From a virus (taxonomy: Duplodnaviria > Heunggongvirae > Uroviricota > Caudoviricetes): DNA of 10,894 nucleotides. The notes under the pieces are model-generated. The model did not search any database. It saw nothing but the letters and a program-made list of their open reading frames with translations, and was not told the DNA's origin. How positions within the stretch are numbered: the stretch's first letter is position 1; the number at the start of each line of letters is the position of its first letter. The position numbers and the translations under genes were made by a program. This document shows positions 1 to 6,725 of this stretch, in pieces. Location of the stretch: IMG/VR virus record IMGVR_UViG_2660238349_000010. One strand, 5' to 3'.

Positions 1-660
1 ATGGATCGTATAGTTAGTTCTTCACATGACCGTACATCGCTGCTTAGCACCCATAAGGTGCTGCGTAATACCTATTTTCTGCTGAGCCTGACGCTGGCCT
101 TTTCGGCGATTACCGCAACTGCCAGTACGGTGCTGATGCTGCCATCTCCGGGTCTGATTCTGACGCTGGTGGGTATGTATGGTTTGATGTTCCTGACCTA
201 TAAAACGGCGAATAAGCCGACCGGGATTATCTCCGCATTCGCCTTTACCGGTTTTCTGGGTTATATCCTCGGACCAATTCTGAATACCTATCTGTCTGCC
301 GGAATGGGTGACGTAATCGCTATGGCACTGGGCGGAACGGCGTTAGTGTTCTTCTGCTGCTCCGCATATGTGCTGACCACCCGCAAAGATATGTCGTTCC
401 TCGGCGGTATGCTGATGGCGGGTATTGTGGTGGTGCTGATTGGTATGGTTGCTAATATCTTCCTGCAACTGCCTGCTCTGCATCTGGCGATCAGCGCGGT
501 CTTCATTCTGATCTCCTCTGGCGCTATTTTGTTTGAAACCAGCAACATCATTCATGGCGGTGAAACGAACTATATTCGTGCCACGGTTAGCCTGTATGTT
601 TCGCTGTACAACATCTTCGTCAGCCTGCTGAGCATTCTGGGCTTCGCCAGCCGCGATTAA
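1..660 (+). CDS. yccA: Inner membrane protein YccA (BAX inhibitor-1/TMBIM family, FtsH modulator); host chromosomal gene
   Basis: Complete 219-aa ORF from ATG at base 1 to TAA at 658-660. Strongly hydrophobic multi-pass protein. Translation [28 protein letters not shown]... recognised from memory as enterobacterial YccA; not confirmed by search. Confidence 0.88.
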   Translation: MDRIVSSSHDRTSLLSTHKVLRNTYFLLSLTLAFSAITATASTVLMLPSPGLILTLVGMYGLMFLTYKTANKPTGIISAFAFTGFLGYILGPILNTYLSAGMGDVIAMALGGTALVFFCCSAYVLTTRKDMSFLGGMLMAGIVVVLIGMVANIFLQLPALHLAISAVFILISSGAILFETSNIIHGGETNYIRATVSLYVSLYNIFVSLLSILGFASRD

Positions 661-694
661 TCTCGCCCAGGGTTACTTACCGAGCCTCGCTTTA

Positions 695-781
695 TGATGC
701 GCCGCGCGATAAATGCACTCTATCTTGTGCGATAAATGGCATCCACGCGGCGTTTCATTATTTGAAAAAGAATTACATTTC
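695..781. repeat. Putative transposable-phage right end (attR-like) with MuA-binding-site-like motifs
   Basis: Plus strand from 695 reads TGATGCGCCGCGCGATAAATGC... The first 22 bp match my recollection of the phage Mu right terminus (TGAAGCGGCGCACGAAAAACGC) at 17 of 22 positions. CGATAAATG occurs at 707-715 and again at 730-738, the second copy at almost the same distance from the end as the CGATAAATG block of Mu R2. A CGTTTCAT motif lies at 751-758. Comparison is from memory, not alignment. Confidence 0.5.
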
Positions 782-1345
782 AGGTTGCGTTATGACAGTC
801 CCAACAGGGTGGTAGCGGTAGATCGTTGACAGTCCAATATCATAGATAATTGCCAGCCGCTTTCTGTCATACCCTTTCTGGAGCAATCTTGCGATCTGCT
901 CATGCTGCTCCTTCGTCAGTTTCGGGCGACGTCCTCCAACTCTTCCTTGTGCTCGCGCAGCAGCCAGTCCTGCCAGCGTGCGCTCAACTATCAGTTCACG
1001 CTCCATTTCTGCCAGTGCACCCATCATATGAAAAAAGAACCTTCCCATCGGAGTGCTGGTATCGATTGAATCCGTCAGACTGCGAAAATTGACACCTTTT
1101 GCGCGTAGCTCTTCTGTGAGAGCAATGAGGTGTTTCATTCTTCTACCCAACCGATCCAGCTTCCAGACCACCAATGTATCCCCTCTTTTAAGGCACTTTA
1201 AAGCGCGTTTCAGGCCTGGTCGTTCCGACTTGGTTCCGCTCATTTTGTCCTCAAAAATCTGTTCACATCCTGCGCACATTAATGCATTGCGTTGCAAATC
1301 TGTGTTTTGGTCATTTGTTGACACACGTATGTAGCCAATCAGCAT
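773..1345 (-). CDS. pin: Serine recombinase, DNA invertase (Pin/Gin/Hin/Cin family)
   Basis: 190-aa product from ATG (minus) at 1345-1343, preceded by AGGGAG. N-terminus MLIGYIRVSTNDQNTDLQRNAL... with catalytic-serine motif, and C-terminal HTH region ...ELIVERTLAGLAAARAQGRVGGRRPKLT... typical of Hin/Gin invertases. The ORF-track extension to 1474 is rejected because the conserved invertase N-terminus starts at 1345 and the extension would run through the crossover site. Confidence 0.9.
   Translation of the reverse strand: MLIGYIRVSTNDQNTDLQRNALMCAGCEQIFEDKMSGTKSERPGLKRALKCLKRGDTLVVWKLDRLGRRMKHLIALTEELRAKGVNFRSLTDSIDTSTPMGRFFFHMMGALAEMERELIVERTLAGLAAARAQGRVGGRRPKLTKEQHEQIARLLQKGYDRKRLAIIYDIGLSTIYRYHPVGTVITQPEM
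1250..1335. promoter_or_regulatory. Putative Fis-dependent recombinational enhancer inside the 5' end of the invertase gene (position inferred by analogy)
   Basis: In Hin/Gin systems the enhancer lies in the first ~100 bp of the invertase coding sequence. The corresponding pin segment (sense: GTGTCAACAAATGACCAAAACACAGATTTGCAACGCAATGC) closely resembles what I recall of the hin enhancer region. Fis sites were not individually identified. Confidence 0.3.
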
Positions 1346-1399
1346 TAAAAATACTCCCTTTTGAGTGGTTAAAGTACTGAGATAATGTGGGGAGGATTT

Positions 1400-1425
1400 G
1401 AGAGATAAACGTTGGTTTGGGGGAA
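1400..1425 (+). other. Crossover site 1 (hix/gix-like, 12-bp half-sites around a 2-bp TT core), orientation +
   Basis: GAGAGATAAACG TT GGTTTGGGGGAA. Lies about 55 bp upstream of the pin start and exactly at the 5' boundary of cassette C. The right half-site is identical to that of site 3 on the opposite strand. Confidence 0.6.
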
Positions 1426-1920
1426 GGCTCTGCACTGCCTGTTGGTGTGCCTGTTCCATGGCCCACCGCCACACCGCCAGCAGGCTGGTTAAAGTGCGAC
1501 GGGCGCGCCTTTACAAAAGAACAATATCCTGTTCTGGCCAGAGTCTACCCGACCCTCCGTCTTCCCGATTTGCGCGGTGAGTTTATCCGTGGATGGGACG
1601 ACGGGCGCAAAGTTGATACGGGGCGTTCATTGCTAAGTGGTCAGGCTGCAACATTTATTCGTACAGCTTTGCAGGATTATTACGGTTACGATCTGAATAC
1701 TAATGTCAAAGTAGGTATCGCTTTTGCTACTGCTGATTCTGTTATAACCGTTGGAAACCCAGCTAATCCTAAAGCAGGAAATAATAGCGATTATGTTCCT
1801 GCATCAGCAGATAACTCTATAACGGGTATTCAAAGGACAGCGGAGGATAATTTTACCGGGGCATGGATATCAATGCGCCCCCGCAATGTTGCGTTTAATT
1901 ACATCGTAAGGGCCGCATAA
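1414..1920 (+). CDS. Silent alternative tail-fibre C-terminal cassette C (collar-domain tip); no start codon of its own, promoterless in this orientation
   Basis: Open frame from the site-1 core to TAA at 1918-1920 encoding GLGEGSALPVGVPVPWPTATPPAGWLKCDG...RPRNVAFNYIVRAA. The first ~70 aa and last ~14 aa are shared with the expressed fibre tip; the middle is divergent. Confidence 0.75.
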   Translation, partial: GLGEGSALPVGVPVPWPTATPPAGWLKCDGRAFTKEQYPVLARVYPTLRLPDLRGEFIRGWDDGRKVDTGRSLLSGQAATFIRTALQDYYGYDLNTNVKVGIAFATADSVITVGNPANPKAGNNSDYVPASADNSITGIQRTAEDNFTGAWISMRPRNVAFNYIVRAA

Positions 1921-1939
1921 AAACGTTGGTTTAGGAGAA
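1914..1939 (+). other. Crossover site 2 (hix/gix-like), orientation + (direct relative to site 1, inverted relative to site 3)
   Basis: CGCATAAAAACG TT GGTTTAGGAGAA. Overlaps the stop codon of cassette C and is the 5' boundary of cassette B. Confidence 0.55.
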
Positions 1940-2443
1940 GGCTCGGCGCTACCCGTTGGTGTGCCTGTTCCGTGGCCCACCGCCACACCGCCAGCAGGCT
2001 GGTTACAGTGCAACGGAGCTACGTTCACTAAAGAACAATATCCTGTTCTGGCCAGAGTCTACCCGACCCTCCGTCTTCCCGATTTACGCGGTGAGTTTAT
2101 CCGTGGATGGGACGACGGGCGCAAAGTTGATACAGGACGTAAGTTGCTGTCCGCACAAGGGGCAACGCTGTTAAGAACAGCAATGCTGGATTATTATAAC
2201 CAGGACACTACGGGAACCTCGGGGATAGTCGGCATGGGATTCAACAATGAAGATTCCATTACAGACCTTCGTGAGGGCAGCTTTAAAATGCCGGACGGGA
2301 CAACATTCAGCGATCCTGTCGTGGCAATGTCAGACAATGGTATGCAGGCTACTATTCTGACCTCTATCAGAAGCGGGTATGCGAAGGGTATCACTGTCAG
2401 ACCCCGTAGCATTGCACTTAATTACATTGTGAGGGCAGTTTAA
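1928..2443 (+). CDS. Silent alternative tail-fibre C-terminal cassette B (collar-domain tip), translationally coupled to the downstream tfa
   Basis: Open frame from the site-2 core encoding GLGEGSALPVGVPVPWPTATPPAGWLQCNGATF...RPRSIALNYIVRAV. Its TAA at 2441-2443 overlaps the tfa ATG at 2443 by 1 nt (TAATG). Its first ~200 bp are nearly identical to the reverse complement of 3330-3541. Confidence 0.75.
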   Translation, partial: GLGEGSALPVGVPVPWPTATPPAGWLQCNGATFTKEQYPVLARVYPTLRLPDLRGEFIRGWDDGRKVDTGRKLLSAQGATLLRTAMLDYYNQDTTGTSGIVGMGFNNEDSITDLREGSFKMPDGTTFSDPVVAMSDNGMQATILTSIRSGYAKGITVRPRSIALNYIVRAV

Positions 2444-3057
2444 TGAGTAACACTGCAGTTCTGGATGAAAACGGTATCGCCACTGTAGCGGGCGAGATCA
2501 CTGTATATCACTATGACGAGGAAACCCGGGAATACACCTCATCCTCTGTGGAGTATCTCGCCCTTGGGGTGGGTACTCCGGCACATTCGTGCGCCGATGC
2601 ACCGCCGGAGGCAATTTCGGGTTACGTGGTTTGCCGGACTGCCACGCTGAACGGGTGGGAGCATGTGCCTGATCACCGCGGCGAGACGGTATACAGCACG
2701 GAGAACGGTAACCCCGTTCTGATTACCCAACCGGGTGATTACCCGGCGGACACCACCACAAAACAGCCGGCCACGCCATGGGATACCTGGAACGGTGAGG
2801 CGTGGGTAACCGATACTGAACGGCAGCGAGCCGCAGAACTGGAGGTTGCCAGACAGCAACGCCAGCAACGGGTGAAACAGGCGATGGCGTCCGTCGATCT
2901 TATCAACCTCAAACTGCGTGCTGGTCGCAGTCTGACACCAGAAGAAACGGCAAAACTGAACGCCGTGCTGGATTATATCGACGAGCTGAACGCACTGGAT
3001 ATCAGCACGGCACCTGAAATCAGCTGGCCGGAAGCGCCACTGGCACTTGCCAGCTGA
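2443..3057 (+). CDS. tfa: Tail fibre assembly protein (Tfa/gpG/U-like chaperone), cognate to cassette B
   Basis: 204-aa ORF immediately after cassette B with stop/start overlap. Size, position and acidic C-terminal region (…LNAVLDYIDELNALD…) fit the tail-fibre-assembly family. Converges on the fibre gene, stop to stop, with a 6-bp gap. Confidence 0.7.
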   Translation: MSNTAVLDENGIATVAGEITVYHYDEETREYTSSSVEYLALGVGTPAHSCADAPPEAISGYVVCRTATLNGWEHVPDHRGETVYSTENGNPVLITQPGDYPADTTTKQPATPWDTWNGEAWVTDTERQRAAELEVARQQRQQRVKQAMASVDLINLKLRAGRSLTPEETAKLNAVLDYIDELNALDISTAPEISWPEAPLALAS

Positions 3058-3063
3058 ACGGTA

Positions 3064-4656
3064 TCACGCCGCCCTCACGATATAGTTAAACGCGATATTG
3101 CGGGGGCGGGTTATGTTAAAGAATGCTCCGTTTAATTCGGCTTTTGCGCGACTGTTTGTTCCACCCAGAATTGCGTACCACAAATAATCGCTACGGTAAT
3201 TCCCCGCAAACACCTTATCGCCGCCATAGTCAATATTATTTCCGTTACTCATGTACGAGATATCCAGCGAAGAATCGTTATCGTCATGACCGCCGACCAG
3301 TGTACCTTTCTGCCATGAAAGCAACTTACGCCCCTCGTCAATCTTGCGCCCGTCGTCCCATCCACGGATAAACTCACCGCGTAAATCGGGAAGACGGAGG
3401 GTCGGGTAGACTCTGGCCAGAACAGGATATTGTTCTTTGGTGAACGTAGCTCCGTTGCACTGTAACCAGCCTGCTGGCGGTGTGGCGGTGGGCCACGGAA
3501 CAGGCACACCAACAGGCAATGCAGAGCCTTCCCCCAAACCAAGGTAATTGAGGACATCTTTTATACTGCCCTTAGCGATAATAGCGCGACCAATAGCTGT
3601 AAGGGTTGCCAGCGCTGCGCGGTCTGCTCCGGTAAAATAAGGCAACCGATCTGCTGCAGTGGCAAGTCCTGCCAGAGCAGTGAGCGTGGCATCTGCCGGT
3701 TGTTTTCCGTTTGCCAGATCGTATGCAGCCTTGACCGCTTTCGGTGTGGCGGCCAGTATTTCAGACGTGCTGTTGATGGCACTGCTCAATTGTATGGTGC
3801 CTTTTGCCGTCAGCGAGGCAGCAGGCACTCCCGTTATCTGACTCCACGGGTGAGTGTGGCTGACGGGCGCCTTGCCGGCTGCAAGGTCGTATGCAGCCTT
3901 GACCGCCTTCGGCGTGGCAGCCTCAGTTTCTGATTGACTGTCCGTGGCGCTGCTCAGTTGTACGGTGCCTTTTGCCGTCAGCGAGGCAGCAGGCACTCCC
4001 GTTATCTGACTCCACGGGTGAGTGTGGCTGACGGGGGCCTTGCCGGCAGCCAGGTCATATGCAGCCTTGACGGCCTTTGGTGTGGCGGCCAGCGTTTCAG
4101 AGGTGCTGTTGGTGGCACTGCTCAGTTGTACGATCCCTTTACGGGTCGTTGTTGCATCCTGGGCTGTGTATTTTCCCCGGGCCAGATCATACGCGATTTT
4201 CACAGCCTTCGGCGTGGCAGCCTCAGTTTCTGATTGACTGTCCGTGGCACTGCTCAGCTGTACGGTGCCTTTTGCCGTCAGCGAGGCAGCAGGCACTCCC
4301 GTTATCTGACTCCACGGGTGAGTGTGACTGACGGGTGCCTTGCCGGCTGCAAGGTCGTATGCAGCCTTGACGGCTTTTGGTGTGGCGGCCAGCGTTTCAG
4401 AGGTGCTGTTGGTGGCACTGCTCAGTTGGGTGAACCCCTTAGCTGTCAGTGTCGCGTCCGGGTGGTTACGGGAACGTACGTGTTCAGCCAGTGACTGTGC
4501 GGCTTCCTCCGTTTTTTTCTTCAGCCATTTCGTCCTGTTTGCCAGTTGCCGGGGGGCTCGATTTGATATCCCGTCAGCACCACCCAGAACCGGATCTGAT
4601 GTCTCCAGTTGATAGATTTTTTCTTCCCACTTTTCTGTTTCATTCAGGTTTCCCAT
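3064..4656 (-). CDS. Tail fibre protein (P2 gpH-like N-terminus and shaft repeats; collar-domain C-terminal tip = cassette A currently fused)
   Basis: 530 aa from ATG (minus) at 4656-4654; the ORF track starts 2 codons earlier at TTG 4662. Overlaps the gpI stop. Five copies of the motif TAKGxxQLSSATxSxSETxAATPKAVKxAYDLAxGK, and ...KQPADATLTALAGLATAADRLPYFTG..., recalled as characteristic of P2 H. C-terminal 159 aa after site 3 form the variable tip. Confidence 0.9.
   Translation of the reverse strand: MGNLNETEKWEEKIYQLETSDPVLGGADGISNRAPRQLANRTKWLKKKTEEAAQSLAEHVRSRNHPDATLTAKGFTQLSSATNSTSETLAATPKAVKAAYDLAAGKAPVSHTHPWSQITGVPAASLTAKGTVQLSSATDSQSETEAATPKAVKIAYDLARGKYTAQDATTTRKGIVQLSSATNSTSETLAATPKAVKAAYDLAAGKAPVSHTHPWSQITGVPAASLTAKGTVQLSSATDSQSETEAATPKAVKAAYDLAAGKAPVSHTHPWSQITGVPAASLTAKGTIQLSSAINSTSEILAATPKAVKAAYDLANGKQPADATLTALAGLATAADRLPYFTGADRAALATLTAIGRAIIAKGSIKDVLNYLGLGEGSALPVGVPVPWPTATPPAGWLQCNGATFTKEQYPVLARVYPTLRLPDLRGEFIRGWDDGRKIDEGRKLLSWQKGTLVGGHDDNDSSLDISYMSNGNNIDYGGDKVFAGNYRSDYLWYAILGGTNSRAKAELNGAFFNITRPRNIAFNYIVRAA
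3529..3554 (-). other. Crossover site 3 (hix/gix-like) inside the fibre gene at the constant/variable junction
   Basis: Minus strand reads TCCTCAATTACC TT GGTTTGGGGGAA, encoding LNYLGLGE. The core TT sits in the same codon positions as in sites 1 and 2, so either inversion gives an in-frame fusion. Confidence 0.6.
3700..4450 (-). repeat. In-frame coding tandem repeats of the fibre shaft (units of 36/56/44/56/56 aa)
   Basis: Near-identical DNA blocks, for example about 3900-4030 versus 4200-4330 (about 130 bp with about 3 mismatches, 300 bp apart). Visible in the ORF track as a repeating plus-strand shadow ORF (MTVRG[A/T]AQLYGAFCRQRGSRHSRYLTPRVSV...) at 3934 and 4234. Confidence 0.85.
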
Positions 4657-4658
4657 AA

Positions 4659-5237
4659 TCAACTGCTCCCGTGGTTATAACTGCCATCATGGATGGCGGT
4701 ATTGTTATAGCGAATGGCCACAGACTGATACTCCAGGCTGGCCAGATGGCAGCGGGCCGGTGCAAATGCAGCGAGCGTCTGACGCAGCATCGCGGCCTGA
4801 TCGTTAGTAATGGGCTGTTTCAGAATAACGCGATAAACCGCCCAGGCGGCTGCATCTCCATGAACAAACAGTCCGTTATAGCTGCGATTGCCGTCGTAAC
4901 TGAGACGACCTGTGCCTTCAATCAGATCCACTTCACCAAAGCCAAAACGGCGGATAACTTCCCGGATTGACCACGGCGTCCCTTTATACCGGTGTAGTTC
5001 GATGGCTGCTTTTATAAGCATGCGGCGAACATCGTCCGATTCCGCCAGCTCCCAGCCATCGCCAGACAGTGAGAACTGCTCGCCCAGCCATGGCAGCGCA
5101 GAACTGTCGACGATATCGACGAGAAAGACCATCAGTACGCTCAGGTCGATGTTATCCAGCCGCCCTGCCAGTCTTCCCAGCGTCCTGAGACTGATATCAC
5201 CCTCAAGCGGTGGCGGGAGTTGTAATGGCTCAGTCAT
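4659..5237 (-). CDS. Baseplate/tail protein gpI-like (Mu gp48 position)
   Basis: 192 aa from ATG at 5237-5235 (ORF track starts at GTG 5249). The ATG overlaps the gpJ-like stop (ATGACTGA). Position between the J-like gene and the fibre gene matches P2 I and Mu gp48. Family call from synteny and size. Confidence 0.7.
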   Translation of the reverse strand: MTEPLQLPPPLEGDISLRTLGRLAGRLDNIDLSVLMVFLVDIVDSSALPWLGEQFSLSGDGWELAESDDVRRMLIKAAIELHRYKGTPWSIREVIRRFGFGEVDLIEGTGRLSYDGNRSYNGLFVHGDAAAWAVYRVILKQPITNDQAAMLRQTLAAFAPARCHLASLEYQSVAIRYNNTAIHDGSYNHGSS

Positions 5238-6333
5238 CAGACACTCCACTCATGTTAAGTGTGATCGCCGTACAGTTTGCCCATTCGTTTTCTGCCACCA
5301 CCCTCAGTGCCGGTGTCACCAGTTCAACCTGGTACACCCCGGAAACGGACAATGCACTGATAATCTGGCTGGGGACAATATCACGCCCCAGCGTGGCGGC
5401 ACGTGATGCCACCCAGTTCTGTATGGCGCTGTTAGCGGCATCTTTTACAGACCTGGCATCCTGATCACGATAGATCGTAATCCTGGCTTCAATGGTGTAA
5501 TCCACCTTCACTGGTGTTTTAGCCCGCACTGTATCAGTGAGTGGCCTGACTTTCTCATCAGAGCAGAAACTCTCTACCAGCGTGAGAACACCGCCGTCCG
5601 GCAGACCGGTACTGAGCAGCGGATACAGATCTACGGTCCCGGGAACCGGGGAAAGCACAGCAACATCGACAATGTTGGGATGGGCCTGCATGGCATGAAA
5701 GCGGTATGCGCCACGGCTTCCGGCATTGGTGAATGACTCCGGGGCCAGCCTGATACGCTCCCGGAGCCTGTCATCGTCTTCCTGTTCTGAACCGCCGGAA
5801 CTGGCCGTCAGATTGCTCACCAGCAGGTCGACGTTATCAATCTCATCGAGTAACTGACTGACCTGCGCAGGTTGCCAGCCGTTACCAGCGGTACCGGGTT
5901 CGGTACAGGTGGACGTGACATTGACCAGCAGCAATCCGGCCTTCAGTACCACATCTGTATCGGTGGCAAAAATAACGCTGTCGGAAGCGCTGACGCGGGT
6001 GCCTGCCGGGATCAGCACATCAATGGTCAGTGCCTCATCCACAGAGAACTGAAGTGTGGTGGTGGCAGGCTGCGCGGCAAGGCGGTATACACCAACCAGT
6101 TCTCCGAGGTAATCAATCATCGGCTCTCGTGAAAAGGCGACCAGATTCTGCTTTGCTGCCTCCTGTACCGCAACCCTGACCAGCATTTCGCGATAGGCCC
6201 ACAGATCAATCAGCAGACGTTCTGCCTGTGCCGGGTACAGCGTTTTGCCGGTATCCGCTTCATACTTCGCAATCATTTCTGCCGTGATTTTGTCGGCATC
6301 GCGTTCAATAAAATCGGGTTCTGTCAGCGCCAT
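5230..6333 (-). CDS. Baseplate assembly protein gpJ-like (Mu gp47 position)
   Basis: 367-aa ORF whose start overlaps the gpW-like stop by 10 nt. Size and position fit baseplate J. Family call from synteny and size, moderate. Confidence 0.75.
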   Translation of the reverse strand: MALTEPDFIERDADKITAEMIAKYEADTGKTLYPAQAERLLIDLWAYREMLVRVAVQEAAKQNLVAFSREPMIDYLGELVGVYRLAAQPATTTLQFSVDEALTIDVLIPAGTRVSASDSVIFATDTDVVLKAGLLLVNVTSTCTEPGTAGNGWQPAQVSQLLDEIDNVDLLVSNLTASSGGSEQEDDDRLRERIRLAPESFTNAGSRGAYRFHAMQAHPNIVDVAVLSPVPGTVDLYPLLSTGLPDGGVLTLVESFCSDEKVRPLTDTVRAKTPVKVDYTIEARITIYRDQDARSVKDAANSAIQNWVASRAATLGRDIVPSQIISALSVSGVYQVELVTPALRVVAENEWANCTAITLNMSGVSDD

Positions 6334-6671
6334 AGCAACTCCTGAGTCCGGGTCTGTCCGTCTGAGCCTTTCCAGCTCACCCGGAGCGTAAGATGTTCGC
6401 CGTCGACGGCGGGTTTAACTGACATAAGCTGGCAGCGGGGCTCCCAGCGTCGGATGGCATCGACGGATTCGCGCACCACATGCGGAATGGCCCGGTCTAC
6501 AGGCCAGTCGATATAAAGATGCAGATTGCTGCCGAACTCCGGGCGATGCGGGTCGCTGCCGCGGGGAGTCCGCAGGATAATTTGAATCGCCTGCCGGATA
6601 TCATCCAGCCCCCGGACAATTTCGCCGGGAGCCTGCAGGGTCGGTTGCCAGAATACTGAGGTTGTTTTCAT
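6324..6671 (-). CDS. Baseplate protein gpW / gp25-like (Mu gp46 position)
   Basis: 115-aa ORF, the typical size of the GPW_gp25 family, sitting between the spike and J-like genes. Confidence 0.75.
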   Translation of the reverse strand: MKTTSVFWQPTLQAPGEIVRGLDDIRQAIQIILRTPRGSDPHRPEFGSNLHLYIDWPVDRAIPHVVRESVDAIRRWEPRCQLMSVKPAVDGEHLTLRVSWKGSDGQTRTQELLWR

Positions 6672-6689
6672 GGGGGCAGTATTGCCCCC
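6672..6689 (-). promoter_or_regulatory. Perfect 7-bp stem / 4-nt loop hairpin abutting the gpW-like start codon (possible RBS-sequestering structure)
   Basis: GGGGGCA gtat TGCCCCC at 6672-6689, inside the only real intergenic gap (54 nt) of the tail operon and directly 5' of the ATG at 6671-6669 on the mRNA. Not followed by a U-tract, so not a terminator. Confidence 0.4.
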
Positions 6690-6725
6690 GTGCGGGAACG
6701 CTGATATTAAAGGCGTTTAAAAAGC

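Noticed and set aside
661-772. Possible tRNA gene or rho-independent terminator between yccA and pin
   Set aside because: No cloverleaf-compatible sequence and no GC stem followed by a T-run. The segment is better explained as host flank plus the phage terminal repeats.
288-1334. Small ORFs antisense to yccA (288-551, 343-555) and antisense to pin (850-1092, 1053-1334)
   Set aside because: Embedded in and opposite to confidently assigned genes, with no independent support.
1346-1474. N-terminal extension of the invertase ORF (track gives 773-1474, 233 aa)
   Set aside because: The conserved serine-recombinase N-terminus MLIGYIRVST begins at the ATG at 1345, which has an AGGGAG Shine-Dalgarno sequence. 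The extension would read through crossover site 1 and the start of cassette C.
1956-3557. ORFs 1956-2174 (+) and 3249-3557 (-) encoding ...LFRGPPPHRQQAGYSATELRS...
   Set aside because: Alternative reading frame of the conserved 5' block of cassettes B and A. The in-frame collar-domain reading is the conserved one.
3700-4494. Series of plus-strand ORFs (3700-3933, 3934-4233, 4234-4494, 4022-4237, 4077-4331, 4340-4612) with repeated MTVRG.../ARSYAALTAFGVAAS peptides
   Set aside because: These are antisense shadows of the in-frame tandem repeats of the minus-strand fibre gene, not independent genes.
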